A DNA stretch of 63,742 bases, filler included, from Octopus bimaculoides (Eukaryota), in the NCBI RefSeq assembly GCF_001194135.2. It is 6 parts of 6 records of this genome, joined end to end, with 100 filler letters (N's around TTAATTAATTAA, not from the genome) between each part and the next. Parts side by side here need not be neighbours in the genome. Positions count along the whole stretch, not along the records: positions 1 to 27,237 come from NC_069008.1; 5 more parts are not named here. One strand, written 5' to 3'. A program made the translations under genes and the position numbers. The stretch's first letter is position 1. The number at the start of each line of letters is the position of its first letter. Positions 13,770 through 27,293 of this stretch are shown in pieces. The notes under the pieces are model-generated. The model was not told the origin of the DNA. It did not search any database and saw nothing but the letters and a program-made list of their open reading frames with translations.

Positions 13770-13985
13770 TGACCCTTCTGTCCAGCATTCGCCATGATAG
13801 ATCGCTAGCCACTACACATTCTTTATTTTCTCTGCTTGTTTCTTTCTGTGTTCGTTTCTGTGGAAGAGCGTAGGCTCGAAACATTAAAGACTTTTTCACT
13901 TCCCAAGCGTTAAACTAATACATCTGTTTGTTGTCTACACCACCTGTCTTCGTCTTTTGTTTTTTTTTTGTGAATTCTCCCCCTA
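13770..13985 (+). mobile_element. Penelope-like terminal-repeat relic with hammerhead-like motif
   Basis: gaagagcgtaggctcgaaac motif in a pyrimidine-rich unit. Related units lie on the minus strand at about 23040-23270 and 27339-27580. Confidence 0.45.
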
Positions 13986-15029
13986 TATATATATACACAT
14001 ATACAACGGGCTTCTTTCAGTTTCAATCTACCAAATCCACTCACAAGGCTTTGGTTGGCCTGTTACCACACAGCCACACTACCAAAATAGAACATTGTTA
14101 GAAATCTGGTCATAACTAACTTGAATTAGGATTAATTAATTCAGCACTCAGATTATATTCTGAAACTTCCTCTCCTCCATTATTTGGTTTTTACTTTACC
14201 TACTTTGTAGCTTTTAAGGGGTTCATATAAAAATTCACACTAATTTCTAGTCGTGGTCCACATTACTCACAGCTAAAGTAATATAATTTCTTTATTACTA
14301 TAGAATATATTTCATTTGTTAGAATTTTTTGTCACAGTTAGTAACTTTGTTTTCCAAATATCTTTTTATCTTTTTATTTTTTACTTGTTTCAGTCATTAG
14401 ACTACGCCAATGCTGGGGCATTTCTTGAAAATTTTTTATTTGAATGAATCGGCCACTGTACTTATTGTTTTGTTTTTTTAGGGATAGTACTTATTCTATC
14501 AGTCTATTTTGCTGAACCACTAAGTTACAGGGATGTAAACACACTAGCACTGGTGGTCAAGTGGCGGGGGCACAAACACACACACACATGATGGGCTTCT
14601 TTTGAGTTTCCATCCAATAAATCTACGCACAAGGCTTTGGTTGTCCCAAGGCTATAGTAGAAGACACTTGCCCAAGAAATCACATAGTGGGACTGAACCC
14701 ATAGCTATGTGGTTGGGAAGCAAGCTTCTTATGTTCACCAAACTGAATTTTCTTAAAAACACAAATAGACAATGATTTTACTGTACATGTTGTGAATTGA
14801 TTTTTACTTAATGATTGATACCAGTGCTGGTGCCACATTGGAAGCACTGGAACTAGTGTCGCATAAAAAGCACCCAGTATACTCTGTGGAGTGGTTAGTG
14901 TAAAGGAGAGCATGCAGCTGTAGAAATTGTGCCAGAAGAGACAATGGAGCCTGGTGCAACTCCTGACTAGCTCTGGTCAAACCATTCAAACCATGCCAGT
15001 ATGGAAAACGGACATTAGATAATTCAGAT

Positions 15030-15880
15030 GCACTCCCATACTTAAATACAAATTTACTTTGATATTAAGCAAGGATTACTGTTGCTCATCTTCACAGACT
15101 TTATTTCACTACAGTCTGATAAAGAAGTACATCCCAAATAGATTATGGGAAAAAATTTGATCTGTCTGCTTCCAAATACAATCTTCACTTGCTCTGATAG
15201 TGCATAAAATAAAATACAAAGCATCACAGGCTGTCAAGAACCTTGATGACATCCTAAAGCAGCAGAAAGACCTGAATGCAGTATACAAATGGGCTGACAA
15301 AAATAACTTGCAGTTCAGTGCTGAAAAGTTTCAAGCACTCTACTACTGGCTCAAAACAGACTCCAATCAAAATATACAGGGCCTGAGGGTAGTACCATCC
15401 AAGAGTCAGAATTGGAGCATGATCTAGGAATCTATGAGTAATGGTGCATCATTCTGTAAGCTTATCACTAGGATGGTAACACTATGTAGGCAAGTAGCTG
15501 TGTGGATTTTGTGATCATTCAGAAAAAGAGAAAAAGGATACCATGCTACTCCACGGAGAACATTTCTTTTCAGTTGCTTGGATAACTGCTCCTAACTGTG
15601 GTTACTACTAAACATCAAACAATGGAATTTAAGGCAATCCAATGCTACAACAGATGTGTTTCTTGAAGAGGATAAAAGAACTGAGGTGTAAAAGTATGCA
15701 GTGGTAAACATATGGAAGATCCTGGAAGGTCTAGCTCCCAACTATGAAAATGAAAGCTATGCTAAGCACTGAACTAGCTGCCACTGCATAATACCAAAGA
15801 TCTTATTCTTTCCAGCTTGAGTAAGGATCCAGTACAGCAACAATTTAGATTTCAAGAACCTGCAATTTGTCAACACGGCC
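15030..15880 (+). mobile_element. CR1/L2/Jockey-group LINE RT C-terminal relic
   Basis: DDILKQQKDLNAVYKWADKNNLQFSAEKFQAL matches the post-YADD region, followed by degraded downstream motifs shared with 36370-36765. Confidence 0.7.
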
Positions 15881-15929
15881 AAACAACATCAGAGATTTGA
15901 GAGGTGTAAATGTGGATATATTCAAAGAA

Positions 15930-16190
15930 CTTCTGGCCAAATTTTTTATCTGAGCTACCTCTTCCACAGGTTCCCTCAACTGCTAGGGTGTGGCACTTTT
16001 TCAAACAGCTATCCTCATCCATTCTTGCCAAATGACCATACCAGCGCAATCGTCTCTCTTGCACACCACAACTTATGCTTCTTAGGTCCAACTTTTCTCC
16101 CAAGTTACTTACACTCTGTCGAGTATGCACGCTGTCATTACACATCCATCGGAGAATACATCTCCTCCACTATTGCAGTATTACGTGTCA
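15930..16190 (-). mobile_element. RTE-clade LINE 3' fragment
   Basis: LGEKLDLRSISCGVQERRLRWYGHLARMDEDSCLKKCHTLAVEGTCGRG (ORF 15870-16145). Confidence 0.85.
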
Positions 16191-17668
16191 AAAGTGAAAC
16201 AATAACATCTCTTTATTCTAATGTCAGACAGTTTCACTTTAATAGTTTTACTTTAACACTGCAACAATTAAAGGGAAACTATTATCTGACAGGCATACAG
16301 GCATACATACATAAATGCGATCGACAAACTTTTATTCCCCACAAACTGTGAGCTTTATCAAAATCTTTTTTCCTACATTTACTTACTACCATATATATAC
16401 ACAGAGAATACACACTCATACATACATATGTACAAATACACCCATACATACAAATAAACACATACATACCTGTCCATCTTTTTCAAATACTGCCCCTCTG
16501 GTGAATCCCCCAACATGTCATGTAATGTTATGGATTGGCACCACCCCTCTGGCGAATCCCTCGACATGTCATTTGACAACATGTTACTCATGGACACAAA
16601 ATAGAGGTTTCTTTACCACATTGTCATCAGCAATGAAAAATGCTACCTCTATGTCAGCACAACATAAAGGTGTCATTTACATCAACATTCCTGGGGGAGG
16701 CTGTCTGTTGTATTCTTAAGCAAGACACCTTATTTCACATTCCTCCAGTTCACTCAGCTGTAGAAATGAGTTGCGATGTCACTGGTGCCAAGCTGTATCA
16801 GCCTTTGCCATTCCCTTCGATGACATTGGTGGCGTGAAGAGAGGATGCTGGTATGCATGGGTGACTACTGGTCTTCCATAAACAACCTTGCCCGGACATG
16901 TGCCTTGAAGGGTTACTTTCTAGGTGTAATTGCATGGTCATTCATGACCTAAAGGAGTCTTTTATGTGTCCACAGTGTGTTGTGTTCTTGAGCAAGACAC
17001 TTTATTTCACATTNNNNNNNNNNNNNNNNNNNNNNNNNNNNNNNNNNNNNNNNNNNNNNNNNNNNNNNNNNNNNNNNNNNNNNNNNNNNNNNNNNNNNNN
17101 NNNNNNNNNNNNNNNNNNNNNNNNNNNNNNNNNNNNNNNNNNNNNNNNNNNNNNNNNNNNNNNNNNNNNNNNNNNNNNNNNNNNNNNNNNNNNNNNNNNN
17201 NNNNNNNNNNNNNNNNNNNNNNNNNNNNNNNNNNNNNNNNNNNNNNNNNNNNNNNNNNNNNNNNNNNNNNNNNNNNNNNNNNNNNNNNNNNNNNNNNNNN
17301 NNNNNNNNNNNNNNNNNNNNNNNNNNNNNNNNNNNNNNNNNNNNNNNNNNNNNNNNNNNNNNNNNNNNNNNNNNNNNNNNNNNNNNNNNNNNNNNNNNNN
17401 NNNNNNNNNNNNNNNNNNNNNNNNNNNNNNNNNNNNNNNNNNNNNNNNNNNNNNNNNNNNNNNNNNNNNNNNNNNNNNNNNNNNNNNNNNNNNNNNNNNN
17501 NNNNNNNNNNNNNNNNNNNNNNNNNNNNNNNNNNNNNNNNNNNNNNNNNNNNNNNNNNNNNNNNNNNNNNNNNNNNNNNNNNNNNNNNNNNNNNNNNNNN
17601 NNNNNNNNNNNNNNNNNNNNNNNNNNNNNNNNNNNNNNNNNNNNNNNNNNNNNNNNNNNNNNNNNNNN

Positions 17669-17702
<34 letters not shown>

Positions 17703-18188
17703 TATATATTAGAAGTAGAAAGATTTTTCAACACATAAGAACAGCATATATAGGATAAAATCCTTACAGAGCAGAAAAATCTGTCAGCACCCAGCCTTGA
17801 GACTCGAACTCACATCCCTTCAATTTCCAGTCAAAGTGCATCAGCATTTAAGCTAAACTGCTTTACTGACAAATTCTTCTGCAATTTAGAATTTAGAATT
17901 TCTGCTCTGTACGGATTTTATCGTATATGTGTTGTTCTATCAGTACTTACGTGTTGAAAAATTTTTCTACTTGTACTTCAATACATTTCAGCACTTCAAA
18001 AATGAATTTATGTTTGTTTACATATGACCTAATTTATATATGTATGTATGTGTGTGTGTGTATATATATATATATATCATCATCATCANNNNNNNNNNNN
18101 NNNNNNNNNNNNNNNNNNNNNNNNNNNNNNNNNNNNNNNNNNNNNNNNNNNNNNNNNNNNNNNNNNNNNNNNNNNNNNNNNNNNNNNN

Positions 18189-18230
<42 letters not shown>

Positions 18231-18829
18231 GTATATAGCTATATCTATATATATAATATATTTATTTATATATATGTGTGCACATATCTATAACCATACA
18301 TGCATACACACATGCATGCACATATATATACATATATATATGCTTTTCTCCTTCTTTCTCCCTTTCCTTCTTTTCTCCTTTCTCTCACTCTCTCTCCCTC
18401 ACTCTGTCTCTCCCTCACTCTCACTCTCTTAGTCTCTCCTTATCTCTTTCTTTCTCTCTCCCTCTCAACATATATATATATACATATTAAAATGCATCAT
18501 ATATACAAATATATGTGTATACATACACACACATATATATATATATATTACAACATACATTTATATACATACATATATAATGTACGTATATATACATATA
18601 TATATATATATATACATACACACATAATGCATACATATATATAACATATATAATATGCATTATAGATATTATTTATACATATACATAAACTCTCTCTCTC
18701 TCAATATATTGGGTCATCCCATAAATAATGTGGTTTTTTATACACATACATACAAATACCTGTCAGTCTTTTCCAAATACGATCGACAGTCAAACATTTC
18801 TTCCCTACAAACTGTGACCAACACCAGGT

Positions 18830-20460
18830 ACGTTCTACGTTGCAGTAGAACAGTCGACGGTGAGAAGCTGCCCGCAGTGTGACGAGTACCAACATCCATT
18901 ACTGGCATGTACGGGCTTTCAAGTATGAGCCAAACTTCAATTACTCCATCCACGCTGACATAAATATAGGGGAAATGTGCTTCAGTTGTTAATTCTGCAA
19001 TGCTAAAAAGTGGGCTGGGAGACACCTGGAATGTGCTGCTTAAATGGTAAGGTCAGCTTGCCCCCTCTTCCAGAACCACCACAGCCTTTGAAGGAACTAC
19101 TTACTGGTTCTCCCTCAAGGTCATTCAAATTCCTTCAAATCATCAGGAATTACAATTGTGCATTTCAGATGACTTCTTTCGGGGCTAATGTTGTCACAGA
19201 CAGTAGTTGGGTGCCTACTTTCAAGGTCCAGGGACAAGTGTACCATCTTATTGGGTCGATCCAGCCACTAGAAAATTGCAAGCCTTCGTTCCTTCAAATT
19301 TACTTCATTTCCAACTACAGTAGGCAACTTGATGTGCAATTTGGCGTTATTCCACCACCTGCAAACACTGACGCTGACACTTTTGACAGGGACGTTCTAC
19401 TCAGTCTGCAAAACCTGCTTCATGAGCACAACAGCTATATTCGCAGTTTCAAATACGCCTTGCAAACAGCCCCTTCACCAAACTTCACCATTGTCATCGA
19501 TGCTGACAAAAGACCTTCTGGGGAGCACGCACCCCGTTATAACACTCCTTCATGCAATGAAGTGGCTGTACTTCTCTATGGTGAAGAGCACAATAAGTGA
19601 GACATACTTATTTAAAGCCGTGACAGTCGTCTTCAACTACAGCTGATACAGTATGTGCGTGTCTTAAGTCATCCACATTGTGGCCCCTGGTGAAGACTCA
19701 AAACTTAACATTAACATGTGTGGTCATATGTGAGGTGACATAGCATCAGCAGAATTTTCTAACACTCTCCTTGCACTTGGCGAAGGCAAAACTCCCTGTG
19801 ACGGAAAGGGTAATGCTGCCATCGATTCTCTTTGTACCATTGTTAATACGCCTTCTGATCTCATGGATGCAGTGTTCCCAGATCTCCAAGCAAATTATCA
19901 GAATATGGATTGGATTGGCCAAAGGGCTATTCTGGCCCTGAAGAAAAAAAACTGTTAACCATATTAATGATCAAATGCTAAAACTCATTCCTGGGGATTG
20001 CTATATATATAAGTCTATCGATAGAACTCCTGACCCTGAGGACGTTATCAACTATCCAATAGGGGTACTAAATTCCTTTGAGCCCCCTTGACTACCCCGA
20101 CACATTCTGAAACTTAAACTTGGTGCCCTTGTAATGCTCATTCGAAATGTGGTTCCACCAAAACAATGCAATGGTACACGTTTGATCGTTAAGTCCTTAC
20201 CTCCCGATCTAATTGACGCCACAATAATCACATGGTGCGGTCGAGGCAACGTTGTGCTCATACTGAGGATGCATCTTTTCCCATCAGGAGCAGACTTACC
20301 TTTCACATTTCAGAGGTCCCAGTTTCCAGTCAGGCCATGCTTTGCAATGTCAATTAACAAAGCACAGGGGCAAATACTGTCTGTTGTGGCAATACGTTTG
20401 GGGGCAGCAAGAGTGATGCTTTCGCTTTCGTTCCACAAGGAAAAACAAAAAACGTTGTGT
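18830..20460 (+). mobile_element. Internally deleted Helitron (N-terminal region joined to PIF1-helicase C-terminus)
   Basis: ETPGMCCLNGKV, NYNCAFQMTSFG, FKVQGQVYHLIGS and RYNTPSCNEVAV are Helitron N-terminal motifs. They are followed by LKLKLGALVMLIRNV..CNGTRLIV and FQRSQFPVRPCFAMSINKAQGQ, the PIF1 helicase C-terminal motifs. Stops and frameshifts are present. Confidence 0.92.
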
Positions 20461-20823
20461 ACAAGGAGGTTTTATAGGATTATTTTGCTTCCTAATTTTA
20501 TAATTTTTTCTAATTTCTTTAAAATTTTTGCCTTTTCGTCAGTAATATCTAAGTAGGTGTAGTTTAATATTCATTGCAGTGCACTTGACACTCCCAACAA
20601 TCAGCTGTAAAAAGGTTGATTCTCGCGGTGTTACAAAGCTTCATTACAAATCAGACCCTGCTCAAAGATCAGCTTTTCTTTCTCACCAACCCCCATTTGG
20701 TGGGCATCGGAGGACCATGGACATGTTACTATCTCCCTTCTGTACGACTCTCAAACAGTCAACAATATGACAACATTTACATTTTTAGGCGGTTCCCTGC
20801 AATTACTTCACACTTCACCAACA

Positions 20824-20868
<45 letters not shown>

Positions 20869-21721
20869 NNNNNNNNNNNNNNNNNNNNNNNNNNNNNNNN
20901 NNNNNNNNNNNNNNNNNNNNNNNNNNNNNNNNNNNNNNNNNNNNNNNNNNNNNNNNNNNNNNNNNNNNNNNNNNNNNNNNNNNNNNNNNNNNNNNNNNNN
21001 NNNNNNNNNNNNNNNNNNNNNNNNNNNTTTATTCCATGTTAGAGCATGCCTTCCCTGACAGATAGGCCTCTTGATCAGGACAGATTTGTGCAATTTTTCA
21101 CCAAAATACTTCGTTGAGGATATTTAAATTATTTACGTATTTGTTTGACCACTTCACATGACTTTATTCATTAAAACTTCAGTAGTTCTTACAACTTTGG
21201 TTGTTGTAATGCTCTGCTTTCGTTTGTTTAATAGAAATTCTTCCTCCTAATGATTTTGCTTTCATTTCGTGATAGCTATCATGCAGAAACTGCTAGCTTA
21301 CAAATCCTGTTTTCTGATTAGGTAAAATTGATTAAACTTTGAACCTCAGTAACATTTTTCTGCAATTTTTCTGGAACAAATAAATAACAAAATTTAACAT
21401 GGAAAATTATTTCAATATACCAAATTTGAAAATTTTGACGTAGTTTTAAAATCTCACAATATGTGACAGCAACAAGGAATATCCTACAAAAGTAGAGAGA
21501 CACACAGTTATAAGACGTTACACACACACACACACACGTTCACAAATGTGCACACAGGTAATCATGAGTTCAAAATATAATAGACATGTATGTTTGCATG
21601 TACATATGTATGTATATATATGTATGTATGTGTGCGTGTCAGTGTGCGAATGTTTCTTTGCAATAGACAGCAGAAAAGCCACCTGCTTATTCTCACCTTA
21701 AAGCTACGTATTCCTCATACC

Positions 21722-21777
<56 letters not shown>

Positions 21778-21839
21778 TTGTATCTATGTATTTACGAAAG
21801 TATGTGTGCAGCGTCGCCTGTAAATGATATGAACTTATT

Positions 21840-22520
21840 CCGTTCTGTTTTTATTCTTGCAACTATACTTTCAGAACTTCCTTTTCCACTGCTAATCAGA
21901 TTCCTCAGCAAACAGAAACTGTCTAGCACTTTTAGGGAGCCTCCTGGGCATTCTGGGACATTTATTTCCCATGTGCTCTTATTATTTGTTGCTCCTGTGC
22001 ATCTGCTACATATATACTCTACTTACTCTTTTAACCTGCCTCTTTTGTGAATCCATGGTCTGCACTCAGTACACTGTATGCAATTTCTACCCACACCTTT
22101 TCTACCTTTACTGATGGAAGCAGAGATCTGTCAGTTTTCTTTTGCTTTTTTTTTTAGTTGACTTTGAGGCCCTTTGATTCTAAGTTTCATTTCCACACCT
22201 GGAATTTCCCTTCTAATTCAGTTATAAGAAAGAGGTGATTAGCATAATTCCTATGGGAGGCCAGCCTTAAACTCCTCTATTATGGCCTGGAGAATTATGA
22301 TAAATGGGAGACAACTGAAAATTGTGCCTTGATGAACTCCTGGTTGCACACTAAACTCATTGCTATACTCATTGTTGACAGCATGTCAGTACATGGCTTT
22401 CATGGCCCTCATAACCTCCGTATCTATCTGTAGCTTTTCCAGAAATCACTAGATCACAGACTGAAGGATCCTGTTGAAAGCTTTCTCCAGGTCAACAAAT
22501 GCTAACCAGAGTGACCTTCT
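21840..22520 (-). mobile_element. RTE-clade LINE RT relic
   Basis: Minus-strand fragments AFVDLEKAFNR, GVHQG..., EFKAGLPW and VLDSFC..NLISSG..SESIVARI. Interrupted at its 5' side by a microsatellite and SINE. Confidence 0.7.
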
Positions 22521-22554
22521 TGTAGTACATACATACATAAACACACACACACAC

Positions 22555-22596
<42 letters not shown>

Positions 22597-22597
<1 letters not shown>

Positions 22598-22760
22598 GCA
22601 GGCGTGGCTGTTTGGTAAGTAGCTTGCTTAGCAACCACATGGTTCTGGGTTCAGTCCCACTGTGTAGCACCTTGGGCAAGTGTCTTCTACTATAGCCACG
22701 GGCTGACCAAAGCCTTGTGAGTGGATTTGGTAGATGGAAACTGAAAGAAGCCCATCATAT
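22597..22760 (+). mobile_element. tRNA-derived SINE family A
   Basis: ggcgtggctgtttggtaag (A box)...ggttcagtccc (B box)...ccttgggcaagtgtcttctactatag. Further copies at about 3051-3155, 9560-9675, 14590-14730, 28561-28725, 34860-34995, 35330-35440 and 63198-63335. Confidence 0.85.
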
Positions 22761-25009
22761 ATATATATATGTGTGCGTGTGTATATATATATATATGTGT
22801 GTGTGTGTATGTTTGTGTGCCTGTGTCTATCCCCCCATCATTGCTTGACAACCGGTGTTGGTGTGTTTACGTCCCTGTAACCTAGCGGTTTGGTAAAGAA
22901 ACTCATGGAATAAGTGCTAGGCTTACAAAGAATAAGTTCTGGGGTCGATTTGTTCGACTAAAGGCGGTGCTCCAGCATGGCCACAGTGAAATGACTGAAA
23001 CAAATATAAGATAAACAAAAACAAGATAAAAAGACAACCAGAAAAAGCACATCCTGAAAACGTAGCACATACAAAGTATCAATAAGACACTCAGAGAAGG
23101 AAAGGAGTGGTTGTTTTATATTTCGAGCATAGCTCTTCTTTGAGAACAGGAAACAGGGAAGTCCAAAGGAAAAGGGAGAAGGAAGAAAAATATCGCCAAC
23201 AGTTGATGTGTAATTACATGTTGGAATGACCAGAAGGACAAAGAGAAAGTGCTTTCTGGGACAGGAGAGTGTGAAGACTGGTTGGTATGTATGTGTATGT
23301 GTGTGCATGCACACATATGTGTGGTGATGTGTGTGTGGCAGTAACTGAGTATGTGTGTGTCTGTGTGTGGTGGTAACTGTGTGTGTTTACGTGTGTGTGA
23401 TATTAATTGTGTGTCTGTGGTATTAAACGTTCGTATGTGTTTGTGTGAATAGTGTGAGTGTGTGTGTGTGTGTGCGCACGCTAATGTCATAGTGAGCAGC
23501 TATAGTGACAGGTGTGTGTACACATATGCTTGCAGCCACTGAAAAGTTTGTGCTCTATTGTGCTCTAAATACGGTGATGTACCCCCGAAATGGCCATAGG
23601 TGTTTTGTGTTTCTAGTCCGACCTATATTTGTAATCCTTTGTAAATGATGTTAAATTATGGATTGACTTTACCGAAGTTACCTGCTGGATGTTGGTTTAA
23701 TGTATCGGCTTGTGTGCCTTGATTTTCTTGGACTTAAATAACGTTGATGGTGAAATATGGATTTTACCTTGTTACACATTGGATGTTGTGTTATTATGTT
23801 GTCCCGTGTACTTCGGTATTCCTGTGTATGGATTTTACCTGCTAAATTTGCTGTCCTGAGGGAAGTAATGAACTTTCGTACAATTTAAACTTAAACTTCT
23901 TTTATTAGCCATTAATCTCAACGAATGAACGATTTTACTACGTTTCCCTATGTATTTATTTTATTTTATTGTTTTTTTCTATATAATTTTTTTCTCTATA
24001 TATATATTTTTTTATTCCACTATATATGTACCGCTATCGATTTTATTGATATGTATAAAATTTTTACTTCCCTTTACTACTTTGGGGTTTTGTGGTTTAT
24101 GGCTCGATGACCTAATGGTTTTATTCTGCAATTAATTTTATATATATATATATATATAATGAGTTCTATGAAAGCACGTTGCTCCAGTCCACTCAGCTGG
24201 CAAAAATGGATAGTACTGGATTTCTAAGGGGCAGCCTTGTGTGATGTTGAAACTCTCTGAGGACTACATTAAGGGTACATGTGTCAGTGGAATGCTCAGC
24301 TACTTGCATGTTAATTTCACAAGATGGCTGTTCTGTTTGTCAGATCAACTTGAACAATTGATGTCATAACCAATGAAGTGCCAGTTATGGGCTCTCTTGA
24401 TGGTATTGGTGTTATAAACATAGCAAGGATCTAATAGTCAAAGAATTTGATTGTATTTTGATCATTGAAATAGAGAAACATGCTGAGTGAATTAGATCAT
24501 CATTTATTCTGAAATAAAAATCTGTTGAGAAAAACAGCCATTTTGGAACAGTTCATCTTTGATATGTTTAAATAGATAACAAGAAACAGTTTCTAAAACT
24601 ATTAATCCTTTTTATTTGTATATTTTTGTTGAAATACACTGCTAGTGTTTCAATTAGCTTTGAAAATAATGAAAATTTAGTAACATAACTTTGTCATTAT
24701 CAAACAACCGTTCTGCCATGGTCGACTTTGCCTTTCATCCTTTCAGGGTCAATAAATTAAGTACCAGTAAAACACTGGGGTCAATATAATCGACTTAACC
24801 TCTCCCCCCAAATTTCAAGCCTTGTGCCTATAATAGAAAGGATTATTAAACAATTGCTTGGGATATGAATTTACATGGAATTATGATGGAAGATCACCTT
24901 GAAATAGAAAGTTTGCATTATAGAACTAGTGATGGCATTCCTCTGTCACAAGTGAACAGCCATCATCATTACATACATGTATATGTGTATATATATATAT
25001 GTGTATATA

Positions 25010-25054
<45 letters not shown>

Positions 25055-25289
25055 ATGTGTGTGTGTGTGTGTAGTTAAGTGTATGTTTGGTCATTGAGTG
25101 ACCAATGGTTTTGCATGTACAAAAGACATAGCCCCATAGACGTCACATCTCGTTAGATCCTAAAGCCAAAAACAAATTTAACTCTTTACCTTTTGGGAGG
25201 CAGCAGGAACCTGTTTTGGTCATTTGATCAGTAAGTCACCAAATAATAGATACTCCAGGGTCTTTGAGGACAGGTTATCTCCTTTAGAC

Positions 25290-25324
<35 letters not shown>

Positions 25325-25339
25325 CACAGGCAATATGCC

Positions 25340-26730
25340 TATTTATTCTTTTAATCTGCACATGGTTCTAATGTGTCATGAAAAAATTACCCAAAACTTT
25401 GATGAACTGAACAAATGTGAGCTCTGGATCATCAACATCAACCAAACTATTGACCTTTTTGCAGTCCCTCTCCCATCAGCTTGGTGTTCTCTAGGTGCTT
25501 CAATCACTAACCTTGCCTTTGAGTCCATCTTCCAGTTGAAGGTGGCTGCCCTTGAGCAATTGTTGAAAAATATTGAAGCTATCGAACCCCACCAAGGTTT
25601 TTACATACTTAGGAATTACCTCTTGATCTCTAAGCTTCTATATTTACTCAGTCAGCTCATCTTACCGATTCCCATCGTGCTGCCAATGCTTCGACAACCT
25701 AATCTTTGAGAGACTCAAATGCTTAGTCAATGTCAGACTCTCTCCAACATCCCACGATCTGGCTGCATTGCCCAAGCGATTTGGAGGTCTTCGTAAGTGT
25801 TCGTCCCTCTCTCTCTCTCTCTCTCTCTCTCCTGCTTCCTTTCCTCCACCCATGCCTGCTCTACCCTGGTGGGCAACATTCTCTCCTCTCCAGCATGGAC
25901 CAGTTCCAACAGGGAGTTGGATGAAGCTCTCCAATACTGGAGGGAATTGGGCTTGTCTGCTCCTGAGAAGGTGGAGGACTGTCGGAGTCTGAGAGCTTGG
26001 GACAACATAATTTTGAAGGCCACCTTCAACTCCCTCTTCATCCTGTTGGACCAGTTTTCAAGATGCCGCTTACTGTTTGCTAGTACCAAATACTCAGATG
26101 ACTGGATTGATGCCATCTCCGTGGCTAATGTTGGTGGCCTACTCAGCTTGGATGAACTTCGTGTCTCCATTGCCCTCAGAGTGGGAGCTGACATATGCAC
26201 AGGTTTGATCTGTTGTTGTGGCAGACTCCTAGATTCCACAGGCCTCCGTGGCCTTTCTTGCTGGTCGCTTCACATGTCATATGGAGTTGAACCTGATACT
26301 CAAGAGGAGCTTGGCTCAAGCAAACATCCCCTCCATCTTGGAACCATCTGGATTGTCCAGATGTGATGGGAAGAGACCTGACAGCCTCACCCTGTGCCCC
26401 TGGTCACAAGAGAGATGTTTTGTCTAGGATGTCACAGTTAGTGATTGCTTTGCTTCTTCTCGCATCCTGGATGATGTGGTCAGGGCAAGATCCACAGCTT
26501 CTGCAGCCGAGTGGAACAACCATGATCTGTCTGACAACTACATTTTCCATCCTGTGGCATTTGAGACATTTGGTGGGGTTGGACCACTTACTGTGAGATT
26601 CCTGTCTTCACTGGCAACTTGCCTTGCAGAGGTAACTGGTGAGGCTCATGAGGGCGCTTGGCTGTTCTAGCACATCAGCCTTGCCATCACCCACTACAAT
26701 GCTGCAAGTGTGCTGGTATGTCTCAATCAA
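25340..26730 (+). mobile_element. 5'-truncated CRE-clade non-LTR retrotransposon (RT C-terminus, Cys-rich knuckle, restriction-like endonuclease)
   Basis: HQGFYILRNYLLISKLLYLL, FLSSTHAC, LRVSIALRVG...CCCGRLLDSTGLRGLSC, RPDSLTLCPWS..DVTV and YIFHPVAFETFGG...WLF*HISLAITHYNAAS follow the CRE-type motif order. There is an internal (CT)n expansion, and stops. Confidence 0.78.
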
Positions 26731-27281
26731 TAGTCATTAGAAAGGTTTCCCAGTGCCCCCAACTTTTCAACCCAAGGTGGTGAATTGTTTTCTTTTTTTT
26801 TGTTTTCCTTTTTTCTCTCTCTCTTTTTTCTTCCTTTTCAATTTTTTCAATTGTGTTCTCTGTTTTGTCCAGTTTTCTAGTTTAATTTTGTAAAATGATA
26901 AACACTGTGAAGGCAATAAAAATTTTAATCATATTATATTTACTATAAAATTAATAAACAGATTATAAATAAAGTCATTTTTAGCATGCAAATAATTAAC
27001 TCCATGTTTGAAAATTTAAAAATAATGAAAATTGACTGTTAAAATATTTTTATTTTTGTCATCTGCCTTTTCTGAACAGCACTACTACATGATTCATTAC
27101 TGCTCATAGTAAAACCAAAAAAATTGACAAAAATTTGAGAATTAAAATTATATATCTTTTTTCTAATGGATAAAATTTTATGAAACCGTTACCAATATAT
27201 TCCTTTAACATTTCTCTTTCATATTAATATCAATATANNNNNNNNNNNNNNNNNNNNNNNNNNNNNNNNNNNNNNNNNNNN

Positions 27282-27293
27282 TTAATTAATTAA
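27282..27293. other. Assembly join spacer TTAATTAATTAA between N44 blocks (also at 37625-37636, 41988-41999, 46588-46599, 60618-60629)
   Basis: The identical 12-mer, with stops in all frames, sits inside a 100-nt N44-12-N44 block five times. This is artificial sequence. Confidence 0.95.
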
